NCBI RefSeq assembly: GCF_004010195.1
Contig: NC_057719.1
Span: forward strand, 44,804,861 to 44,868,860
Direction of reading: 5' to 3'
DNA from: Chiloscyllium plagiosum
Taxonomy: Eukaryota
Length of the DNA stretch: 64,000 nucleotides
The position numbers were made by a program, and so were the translations under genes. Below, piece by piece: positions 51,455 through 62,960 of the stretch (position 1 is the first letter of the stretch; every line of letters starts with the position of its first letter). The notes under the pieces were generated by a model. That model saw only the letters and a program-made list of their open reading frames with translations, had not been told where the DNA came from and made no database searches.

Positions 51455-52195
51455 GAAGCTTGACAAAGCAGCCCAATGATTGGTGCCACATCCACAAACA
51501 CTCACCTGCTCCACTGCCAACACTCAGTAGCAGCAGGTATACGAATAACAAGATGCACTGCAGAAATTCACCAAGGCTTCTTAGAAAGCACCTCCCCAAA
51601 CCCACGACCACTTCCATCTAGAAGAACAAAGGCAACAAATAATTGGGATCACCACTCTCTGCAGATTTCCATTCAAGCCGCTCCACATCCTTACTTGGAA
51701 ATATATTGCTGTTCCTTCAATTTTGCTGGATCCGGTGGCACAGTGGTTAGCACTGCTGCCTCAGAGTGCCAGAGACCCGGGTTCAATTCCTGCCTCAGGC
51801 AACTGTCTGTGTGGAGTTTGCACGTTCTCCCCGTGTCTGCGTGGGTTTCCTCCGGGTGCTCTGGTTTCCTCCCACAGTCCAAAAATGTGCAGGTTAAGTA
51901 AATTGGCCATGCTAAATTGTCCATAGTGTTAGGTGAAGGGTTACATGTAGGAGAATAGGTCTGGGTGGGTTGCTCTTCGGAGGGTCAGTGTGGACTTGTT
52001 GGGCTGAAGGGCCTGTTTCCAAATTGTAAGTAATCTAATCTAATCTTAAGAAAAACCCTGGAATTTCCTCCCTAATGACATTGAAGGTATACATAGCGGC
52101 TGCAATGGTTCGAGAAGGCAGCTTGCCATCACCCTCTCAAGAGCATTCAAGGATGGACAATGTGTGCTGGCCCAGCCAACAATGTCTGCATCTTG
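51455..52195 (+). mobile_element. Non-LTR retrotransposon 3' end (CR1/L2 group) split by a SINE
   Basis: The host reads GTTCCTTCA..GCTGGATC | AAAACCCTGGAATTTCCTCCCTAA across the SINE. It ends GAAGGCAGCT..CCATCACC.TCTCAAG..GCTGGCCCAGCCA. Confidence 0.7.
51733..52046 (+). mobile_element. HE1-type V-SINE with (TAATC)n tail
   Basis: Close match to 36821-37138. Confidence 0.92.
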
Positions 52196-53734
52196 TCACT
52201 GATTCAGAAACATAATTTGACACTGTATCTTCCAATCTCTGTGATCTGGCATGTTCTTCAGGCTAAGCCCCGCTGTGCTTCCAGTTTTCTGGAATTGTAC
52301 TGACTGTATTCCCTAAAAGAACTGCTTTCCATCTCATGTTTATGTTGCACAATGCTTTTTAAACATGTTTAGACACTCTTGTGCTAACCCTCCCCCAAGA
52401 TCTGATTAAAATCAATGGTCTGGAAGGGACCTGCTCCTGAGGCTGCTGGATGATGGAGGTACAACCTGTAATAGGGATGTGTCTTGTAACCCATAACCCA
52501 GCTTTGCAAGTTGTACCAGGCAGATGTAATGACCTCTTTTTATCGAAGCAAGGAAATTCACTTATAAATAAAACCAAAAATGGTGGAAACACTCAGCAAG
52601 TCAGGCAGCATCTTTGAGAGTGAAACTGAATAAGCAGCCTGAAACCTGTGCTTCTAATTGTGGTGAATGTGGAGGAGTACTGAAGTAAGGATATGTAAAC
52701 ATCCCTGCCCTCCCAGCTTCCCTATGAAGCACCTTTTCTCTCCAGCATGGTATTGCAATTTGATGATGTTATCCCTTTTAACATAAAGAATTAGGATATG
52801 GGTAACCTGCTATTGAAAGATCTAACAGATACTCACTGATGTATCCTGGGGTTACGTACGCAGGCACATCTATGCCTTGGCTAACTATCAGTTATAAAGA
52901 GTAGATGCTTCTACCAGCCTGTCATTCTTCAAGTGAACTAAATTAAGATGGAATCTGAGACCTTTATGCCCTTGGTTGCATGCTGTGATACAGTGATGAT
53001 ATCCATCTGTTAAAAATATACTGACATAGTTTCTATGTTACATCTCAGTTACTATGATATGGCTTATGGAGAGTTTTAGAGGTTATTGCAAAGTTCCACA
53101 TGAAAACCTCTAAATTGAATTGAATCTATGCGAATTTGAGACTGATCGAGTTGCTGGTGAAAATAGGAAAGTAGCAGAAACAAGTGATGTAAGAACCGAT
53201 TTTTCAAAATAATTTAGATGGATTATGCAATTAGGCAAATAACAATTGAAAAGCTAACTGAAAATATTACACATAACTCAAGAAAATAGGTATCACTAAG
53301 TGGTAACTCAAGCTGAACGTGGAGATTAGGAATATTATTCCCAGGAGTGTCAGAGAAATGGCAAAGTCATTTAAAAAGCTAATGAAATGATGAGAACAGT
53401 GAATTAAAAGTTCATGGCCTTATAGATGAAGTTTTGCAATGGATTTGTTAGACAGTTCGAGGATTGTGTTTAGTTTTGGTAAGACTATCACCAATAAAAA
53501 AAGACATGTATTTGAAACTGTGCGCTATAAGGGTAGGTAGAAGCCCTTCTGTATCTCTTCCCTTGAAGCTAATCAGCTGATTATACAACCGTATCCCTGG
53601 TAATTATAGGAGCATCTGTAAAGACCACATTTTTTTTATTTCTGGACTATGGATTAGAAAGTAAACTACTACTTTAAATAAAGGATACTGTGGAAAGAGG
53701 TAGTTGCAGTTTTAAAAATCCTGGAGTGCATGGT

Positions 53735-54393
53735 GAGTTATAGAGTCACAGAGTAGTACAGTATGAAAACAGACCCTTGTCCAACTTGTCCATGCCAACC
53801 AGATATCTTAATTTAATCTAGGGCCACTTCCCAGCACTTGGCTCATATCCCTCTAAACTCTTCCTATTAATGTGCCCATCCAGGTGTCTTATAATTGTTG
53901 TAATGTACCACGCTCCATCAGTTCCTCTGGTAGCTCGTTCCATACATGCACTATCCTCTGTATGAAACAGTTGCCCCTCAGATCCCTTATAAATCTTTCC
54001 CTTCAAACCTATGCCCTCTGTACATGCCCCTACACAGGGAAAAGAAAACCTTGGCTATGTCCTTTATCTATGCCCCTCATGATTTTATAAACCTCTATAA
54101 AGTCACTCCACTGCCTTCAATGCTGCAGGGAAAATAGCCGAAGCTTATTCACCCTCTCCCTATAGCTCAAATCCTCCAACCCTGGCAACATCCTTTGTGA
54201 ATCTTTTCTGAACTCTTTCAAGTTTAACAGTGTCTTTCATATATGAGGGAGACCAGAATTGAACATCGTATTCCAAAAGTGCCCCAACTAACATCCTATA
54301 TAGCTGCAAGATGACATCCCAACTCCTATACCCAGTACACTGACCAATAAAGGCAAGTCTATCAAATACTTTCTTCACTACCCTGTCTACCTG
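53735..54393 (-). mobile_element. 5'-truncated CR1 3' end (antisense)
   Basis: Minus-strand FIGQC..YRSWDV.LQLYRMLV..LLEY.VQFWSPSY.KD.VKLERVQKRFT; reverse complement of 23355-24014. Confidence 0.9.
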
Positions 54394-55574
54394 TTGTATG
54401 CAATCATGTCTTTTCCTGGAATAGTGAGAGTGAAAGCAGACAGAATGGAGTTGATAGGTTCTGACCTAAGGGACAACTATCTGACAACTTTGACTCTTGA
54501 TTGTGTCTATGGCATGTGTGGGGAGAGTGCAGCAGAAACCTCTATCTTTTTGTCTCTCTATGTATATTATATATATTGTATATGATATATGTGTAATATG
54601 TATCTAAGCTTTCTTTCTAAATTGCTCTTTCTGCAAATCATCTGCTGAAGGAGGAATAAAGAGCCTTAGAGATGTTGAAAGGATACCTTCTCAGCCAAAA
54701 ATGAAAGACTGAAGATTAGTGTGAGACAACCCCGTGACGATGTTAAACAATTGAAATGAAGTGAAAGAAAACCACTCATTGAATTCTGTGGCCCAGACTG
54801 GTGCTATTGAACTGTTACCTTGATTTTGTTTTCTCTCTTTAAACTCTTTATCCATGTCGTGTTGTCTTTGTGTATTTGCCTGCTTGAGAGCGGGGGGATT
54901 TAAGAAGAGGTAGTTTAAGTGATAGTTATAAGTTAGTAATATCTTTTGCCTTAGGATAAAGACAATTCATTTGCAATGAACAGTTATTAAATGCACAAAT
55001 CTGGTGCGCATATTATTTAACGCAAATTAGACTAGGGTTGGACAATTTAGTGCATTATTCAAATTTTCACATTTGTAGTGACTCGAACAGTAGGGCTTGA
55101 TTTTGCAGTACACTCTTCAGTGAGTCATGAATACTAAGTCATGTCTTAAAATGAAAGCAGAAGTTCACAGCCAAAGTTCATTGCATGTGGCCAAATGGGA
55201 TATCAATGTAAGTGATTGCTTGCAGAGGATATTCATAGTCACTGCACAGCATAATATAATGAACATATTTTTAACATCATTGTGTTTCAGTCTTTCAATT
55301 AGCCACCACTCATTTACGTACTAGATCTCTCATCCTATTTTTTAAATTTTCTACCTTTTATTCACTCTCCTTTCCAAAATTGTCCTCAAAATCAACTTCT
55401 TGCTGTGTTTCTGGCTACCTGTCCAGCACTAATTGTTGAATATATTGAAGGTGAGAGGCACTGCATTAAGATGTTGTGGGAAACAAAAAGTGTGTAGGGT
55501 GTGAGGAGTTCCTGTGTACAGCTTAATACAATTGTAAATGTGTCCTTTATGAACAATTTATTAATTTGTGGATG

Positions 55575-55800
55575 TTGGTTAGCTCAGCTGTTGAAAGGCT
55601 GATTTGTGATGCAGATTGTTGCCAGTCGCCCATGTTTAATTCCCGCACTGGCTGACGTCACGAAGAAGGCTCCACCTTCTCAACTTGCCCTTTGCCCATA
55701 ACACTGTGACCCTCTGCTTAAACTCAGCACCACCATCTCTCTCTAATGAGAGAGCAGTCCTTTTGTCTTTTGAGACTATGGCAACTTTACTTACTTTATT
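55575..55800 (+). mobile_element. tRNA-derived SINE of a second family
   Basis: A-box-like TAGCTCAGCTG, B-box-like GTTTAATTCC, and tail ACTTTACTTACTTTA. Confidence 0.55.
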
Positions 55801-57016
55801 GATGTTGTTACTTGTAGTACATAAGGGAAAATTGCCCAAGCCTTTCCAATTAAAGTACAGGTAATGAAATCTTCTGCCCATGCAAGTGAATAGGCGGACA
55901 TTGTGGACTGTTGAGAAAATAAATTGAAAGGCATAGCTTTTGTAGAGGTTTTACACCAACACCATGCTTGCCAAATAATGTGACTATGCTTGTGAATTGC
56001 TTTCTGTCTTGAGCTGCTGACACTAACTGATCTCAGTATTCAGATTTAGGATATTCATCAATGAAATGATAACACAAAAACAGAAATAGCTGGAGGAACT
56101 CAGCACGTCTGACAGCATTTTTGGAAAGAAAGCAGAGTCAACAGTTTGGGTCCAGTGACCCTTCTAGATACTAAAAATACTTGCTCTGAACCTCAGAAAA
56201 GACCGAACAACAGTTTAAATCTATAAGCATCAACTGTGCTGAGAATTTTGATTTGTGCTTAAATGCTGTAACTGTGGAATGGTTTGTACCAGCCTGAGAC
56301 CTGGGCCATAAATAATAAATGTTATGATAGAGCTCCAAGCAATTGTGGCTGTTTGCTTGAGCTTGTTGATTGGTGAGTGTGGAAGACTGTCCAAGCTTTG
56401 GGGAGCTAGGTGTCAGGTCTGGGAGTGGGAAGGCAATTCAGAGGGTCTTTGAAAATGTTGGACTTTTTTGTGGACTCAGAAGGAGCCTGTCTACTTTTCT
56501 GGACACTTTAAAATTCCTATTTTTGTTATTTTCATGTTCTCTTGTAAGGTAACTGAATGGGCAGCACAACCAGGAGTGTTAACTCTCAACATATTCCAGG
56601 AGATCAGACAGAAGTGATGCTAGGGAAATCTGGCTTTGTGACATAAGTGGGTGAATCTAGAGAAAAATGGGCTAGGAAACATGTGGAAAGGTTAAGCTTG
56701 AGTTAAGGTAGAGGGGGAACATATCTAGCACAGGCTGGTTGAGTTGAATGATTGATTGAACCTGAATTTATGGAATTCCACAACTGTGTCTGAATAATTC
56801 CTTCTCCTGTCAGTTGTTCTTGGGGCGTGGAAATCCACAATGCACCATATTCCAACTGGTTAAATCCAAGAGTAATTATAGCATTTAAGAACACTAATTA
56901 ATCATTTTGCCAGCAACCAACCAGTCTCAACTGAGCCTAGATTTGACTCATTATCAGCACTCTTTCCTCCAGCTCTGCAGCCTGACTAAACATTGCCTCA
57001 ACTGGTGGAGCACTGA

Positions 57017-57203
57017 ATAAAAACCGTAGGAACTGTAAATGCTGTAAATCAGAAATAAAAACAGAAATTGCTGGAAAATCTCAGCAGGTCTGGCAGCATC
57101 TGTGGAGAGAGATGTTTCAGGTTGAGTGACCCTTTCTCAGTGCCTGAATTCCTTAATACTGTCAGACCTGCTGAGCTTTCTCAATACATTTTATTTTTAT
57201 TTA
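57017..57203 (-). mobile_element. Penelope-like fold-back insertion (family C)
   Basis: 14-bp TSD TGGTGGAGCACTGA (57003-57016) / TGGTAGAGCACTGA (57204-57217). Inverted arms CTCAGCAGGTCTG / CAGACCTGCTGAG. Confidence 0.8.
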
Positions 57204-59392
57204 TGGTAGAGCACTGATCCTGTCATCTGTCGGCTATTTTTGATATTTCCATAAAGTCATATCCACTGACTCCAACCTGGGCTCTTCCATTGGCAGCGAA
57301 GCAGTTCCTGACATAGGGAAGGTCAGATGATACCTGAACGCAAGCAGGAATTGGTTGACTGGAAAGTCAGGTGGTACCTGGTGGCTAGTCATAGCTGCCA
57401 TTGCTGGGAGCTGAGCCTGCTCCTGGAATGTATTGCTTGGCTTCTCTGAGATCAAGGCCAATCTGGAAGATTCTCAGCCATTCTGGGAGGCACAGAATAT
57501 GCTATAGTTTGCAAGCCAAAACCTCATTGTCATAGGGTAGGCAATTGCTAGTGCTGCTCTGAGCATATTTACACATGTTGTACTCAGCTGAAAATGCTGC
57601 TGAAATGGTCAAAATCATGAAACTAAGTGAAAGATTAAATAGATGTGAGGTTTAACTGAAATATTACGGCAGTGAAATCTCTGCATAAAGCAATGATTTC
57701 CCAATTTGCAGTTTCCACCTGAACTAGTTGGAAGTGGTTGAGCCAGTCCTATTATCAGTTGTTGTCTTTCCTAACTTAGATCATGAAATGAGATTGCAGT
57801 GTATGGAATAATGCTGCTCTATGAGTCAGTTACATTGTGAGTCAGTCGAGATTTTGCATGCTAAAATAAATACACAGATGGTCACCTTTTGAAAATGATA
57901 ATTAGAAATGAAAGAACAGTTTGACCATCATATGTTATTGCAAATTGCGAGCATTATGAATTTTGTGAAAAATCACTATTTCCTTCAGCCTACAAAAGAA
58001 TTTGCAAATTCAGTAAAGTCAATTGCTTTAACATGATAAATTAATGTTTCCTCTTGTGCTATCAGTGGATAGCTTCCCAACAGTTTCCCACAACATCATC
58101 ATGAAACATTTTAAAAGGAATATGAAGACTATAACAAACTGTTGCTTAGTTATCTCTAACTTATGATTCATAACCATTACTGATATATTTTGAGAAGTTG
58201 TTAAAATTACATAATTGTCAGTCTTATGATCAGATTAGCAGGTTAGAAGAATCTTATTTCAGGAATTTTTAAAACCTTGCTGAATTCCACTGAAATAAGT
58301 GCTACCAATTGTTTGGTTTGTTGTTTTGGTAGAAGCTGTGATAGAGTTTTGCTTTCTGATGTTTGGGTAACTATATCTTAACTTTTGTAAAACTGAAAAA
58401 AACAGATCGTAAAATCATCCAGTACAGAAGAGGCCCTTTGGCCAATTGAGTCTGATCTGGCAAAAACCTACTGTAAATCAGTAGGGCTTACCTTCCAGCA
58501 CTTGGTGTACTGCCTTGAGCATTCTGACAATTCAAGTATTCACCCAAGTACTTATTAAAGGTTATGAGGTTTCCCACCTTAGATATCCTCCCAGTCTGTG
58601 CATTCCACATTCACACCACCCTCTGGGTGAAAATCTTTCCTCCAATTCCCTCTTAAACCTTCTACCCTTCACCTTTTAAAATTGTGTTCATTATTGACCC
58701 TCAACAAAGATAAAGATAAAGAGCTACTTTCTATTCATCCTGTCAATGCCCCTCATAATCTTGTGTACCACCATTAGTTCCTCGCTCAGTCTCTGTTCAA
58801 AACTACCTTAACTTATCCAATCACATCCTTCCTATAATGTGCTGGTCAGAATTGCACACAATGCTCCAGCTGTAGTCTAAATAAAGTCCTGAACAGCTCC
58901 AACATAATCTCCCTACTTTTATAATCTATGCCATGACTGACCAGGGCAACTACCCAGTATGCGTTCTGAGCTACCCTATAAACCAGACCTGCTGCCTTCA
59001 ATGATACGTGCGCAAGCATCCCAACATGTCCCTGTTCCTCTGAGATTCTTAATACCATGCCATTCATTGAGTGCTCTCTTATCTTGTTATTTCTTCCAAA
59101 GTGCACCACCGTACATTTATCAGGGTTAAATTTCATCTGCCACTGATCTGTTTATCTGACCAATCTGTTTATATATTCTTGTAGCTGTTAACCATCCAGC
59201 CAATTTTTGTGTCATCCGCAAATGTACTTATCATCACCAACACCCAATGGCCACCACCACATTTTCTTCTGTATCATTAATGGATATCGCAAACAATAAG
59301 AGACCCAGGACTGATCCCTGTGGTACGCTAGTGGACACCGCCTCACACACACAAAACCAACTACCACCGCCCTTTGTCTCCTACCACTAAGT

Positions 59393-59675
59393 TAAAAATC
59401 ACACAACACCAGGTTACAGTAAGGGCCTGTGCCCGAAACGTCGAATCTCCTGTACCCTGGATGCTGCCTGACCTGCTGTGCTGTTCCAGCAATAAAGTTT
59501 CAACTTTGATCTCCAGCATCTGCAGACCTCACTTTCTCCAGGTTACAGTCCAACAGGTTTATTTGAAAGAACAAGCTTTCAGAGCACTGCTCCTTCATCA
59601 GCAACCTGATATAACCTGGTGTTATGTGGTTTTTAACTTTGTCCACCTCAGTCCAACACCGGCACCTCCACAGCA
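59393..59675 (+). mobile_element. Penelope-like fold-back insertion (family B) inside CR1
   Basis: 14-bp TSD TCCTACCACTAAGT (59379-59392) / TCCTACCGCAAAGT (59676-59689). The minus strand of 59573-59601 reads CTGATGA-A-GGAGC-AGT-GCTCT-GAAAG-CTT. Confidence 0.85.
59421..59537 (+). mobile_element. Family A Penelope-like insertion nested in the family B insertion
   Basis: Perfect 12-bp TSD CCAGGTTACAGT (59409-59420 / 59538-59549). Begins AAGGGCCTGTGCCCGAAACGTCGAATC. Confidence 0.9.
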
Positions 59676-60291
59676 TCCTACCGCAAAGTCAATTTTGGAT
59701 CCAACTTGTCAAGTTACCCTGGACCCCATGTGCTTTTACTACTTCATCAGTCTCCCATGTGGGACCTTGCCAAAGGCTTTGCTGAAATTTGTATGAACTA
59801 GATCAATTGCCCTACCCTCATCTACAGACCTGGTCACCACCTTTAAATATTCAAATAAATTTATTAGGCATGATCTGCCTCTGACAAAGCCTTGCTGACT
59901 GCCCCTGATCAAATCTTGCTTTTCAAAGTGGAGATTAATTCTCTTCTTTAGAATTTTCTCAAATGATTTCCCTACCATTGACCCACTGGTTTCTATTTAA
60001 CTGTACCACTGTTCTTGAAAAGTGGAACCACTTTAGGTGTCCTCTGGCCTCTACTGCCCCTGTGGCCAGTGAAGACTTAAAAATTTGTGTCAAAGTCACA
60101 GTAACTTCCTCTATGGCAGCCTGGGATACAACCCATCCAGACCAGGGAGTTTGTCCATTTTTAAGCCCATCATAGTCTTCGAAACTTCCTCATTCCCTGT
60201 ATCAAACTGCTCAAGATACTCACTCTCAGTCACTCTTACTGAACCTCGTACCTACATCCTCCTTCTCCAGAGTGAAGACAGATATGAAGTA

Positions 60292-60699
60292 CAGTTAGAA
60301 GATCCTTTATCTGAAATGCTCGCTACCAGCTGTTTTTCAGAATTTGGAATTGTTCAGTTTTCAGAATAGTGACAGTTTAATAGTGAAATTTTTAAAAATC
60401 TTACTGAAGGAGCAGTAAAGTAAGAACGTGCTTGGCCACACCCCCCCACGTCGCATCTGAGTGACGAGCATCGAGTGTGTGTTGACTTGGGGGCGTTCAC
60501 AGAGGAACCCCAGGCCTGTCGGTGCTTGGCCTTGCACCATCCCCACCCACGTCGCATCTGAGTGACACGCATTGAATGGGTGTGGACTTGGGTTAACTGT
60601 TTGCTCTCCAATCTTGTTAATGAGAAAAAATTTCACAAAAACTTTTGGATTTCGGAGCTTTTCAGTTTTTAGATGTTAAGATAAAGGATCTTCTACCTG
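60292..60699. mobile_element. Tigger/pogo-like MITE (408 bp) inside CR1
   Basis: TA TSD (60290-60291 / 60700-60701). 21-bp TIR CAGTTAGAAGATCCTTTATCT versus reverse complement CAGGTAGAAGATCCTTTATCT (1 mismatch). Confidence 0.88.
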
Positions 60700-61723
60700 T
60701 ACTTGTTTACTAATGTCCTCTAGCTTCCATGCACAGATTATTCTCATTGTCCCTATTGGACCCTACTCTATCCTGCCCTTCCCTTTGATGTACTTATTTA
60801 GTATATTGGGATTTTATCAAATCTTACCTGCCAGTATTTTTCATACCCACTCTACGCTCTCCCGATCATTTTGTTAAGATCCCCCCAGCACATTCTATAT
60901 TCACGCTTCTATTGATTTGCTCACGTTGTACCTATTAAAAGCCTCTCTTTTCATTCATCTCCAGCCCTGAATGTTCCGCGAAGTCCAGAGTTCTCTGGGC
61001 TAGTTGCACCTACATTTCACCCAAAAGAGAACTTGTTGCACCCGCACTCTTGCCAATCCCATTTTAAACATCCTCTCAATGCTCTGCTGTAGATTCACCC
61101 AGAAATATCTGTTTCTGGCCTACATTTAGTCAGAACCTGTCTTATTTTAATAAAACCTGCCTCTCCCCAATCCTAAATCCCTTTCAAACACTAATGGCCA
61201 GATCTTCAGGTCTGTGCCTTTTAAATGCTGAACATGGTGACTGACAAATTCTTTTTAAAGGATGTTTACTCTTTGAATGCAGCTGTCTAAAGACATCTGT
61301 GATGTTTTGTGAAGACACTTCCCCTCAAGGGAAATCAATTCATTTGATTTAAGTCACTACCTTTTACATAAGGATCTTTTGGCATAGAAAGCTAATGTAT
61401 GCAGAAGCATTCTCTAAGATATCCCCCTCCTACAACAGTAAGTTTTAGAAACCTAAGACATGTTTTACTAAATCAACAGAAATTCATCTTTGAGTATTAA
61501 GAGTGAAATTGACATTTCTACATGCTGTAGAATTTTTTGACTAGTCTTAGAAGGATGAATGTGTGCCTTCAAACCTCAACAGTCAATAACAATTAGCTAA
61601 CTCACCTTTGCATTTAAGTCACCAGTTGTGTCTGAGCTTGCCCAAGAAATATTCTAATTACAGTGTAGAGTTTGACTGGCTTCTTCATATAACTATAACG
61701 TCTTACTTTTCCTTCCTGTCCAG

Positions 61724-62020
<297 letters not shown>

Positions 62021-62419
62021 TAATTCCTTTAAATGCACTTGAAATGGTTTCTTCAACATTAAAAATGAATAATATTATATCCATGTGGTGTAACTCTCAT
62101 TTGGGCATCCCAGTCTTGCCTTTTCTAATTTAGCCAGTCATCAAAATAAAAAATAATAAAATAAAAATTATGATCTGATTTGTTTATATGACGAAGCAGT
62201 AAGGTGTGACTGTCTTTTAACTTGTTGTTTTGAAGAGAAAGTATATTATAAAACCCACTTTAATGTGTTTCTTTTTAATATTCAACCATCATTGCCCAGC
62301 AAGCATTGTTTGCGGGCAACCCCTTTTCTATTTATCTTCTGATCTGATTCTTGACCAAACTACAACAAAGAAAATAAATGCCAGTGAAGAAACTAGATCT
62401 TCAAATTATTCTCCTTTCT

Positions 62420-62960
62420 ATCTCTCACAGAATCATGGATGTATTATGGTGCAGATGAAGGCTCTTCACTCCATGGTGTCTGTTCCAGCTCTCCAAATGA
62501 GCATCATGACTTAGTGCCCTTCTTTGATTTTTCCCCTCTTGCACATTGGATGAGTTTTTAAAAATAGAAACAATGTCATTTAAAATGCCTGAACTAAACC
62601 TGCCTCTATTGAGGCAGTGCATTTCAAATCCAAATCACTTGAATGAAAATATGTTTTTTCCCTCTCATTCACTTTTGCAAATTACTTTCAATTCTTACTC
62701 CTTGGTTTTTTTGATCCTTTTAATGAGCAGCAACAGTTTCTACTGATGTATTCTATCCCGCTTCCTCTCAATTTTGAAAGCTTCCGACAGATCTCCTTGG
62801 CTGCATTCTCTCCATGGAGTACAGTTCTAACCTCTGCATTTTATCCTATAACTAAAATCTCTCATTTCTGGAACTGTTTTCATAAACCTCTCCTGAACTA
62901 TCTAATGAGTTCATGTCCCTATCCTAGAGTGGTGCTCAGAGTTGTACACAATACTCCAAC
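62420..62960 (-). mobile_element. Old CR1 3' fragment in the next FRMD6 intron
   Basis: CACAGAATCATGG...; the minus strand near 62925-62960 resembles LEYCVQLWAP. Confidence 0.6.

Larger units (their letters stand above)
58405..61190 (-). mobile_element. CR1 ORF2 fragment (antisense) hosting nested Penelope-like and Tigger-like insertions
   Basis: Minus-strand SQQGFVRGRSCLINLFEY, NFSKAFGKVPHGRL, VPQGSVLG, FADDTK, MKFNPDKC, LEHCVQF. Confidence 0.9.

Noticed and set aside
60445..60566. 21-bp direct repeat suggestive of a CRISPR-like array
   Set aside because: Only two units, part of a longer internal duplication inside a TA-flanked MITE, in eukaryotic DNA.
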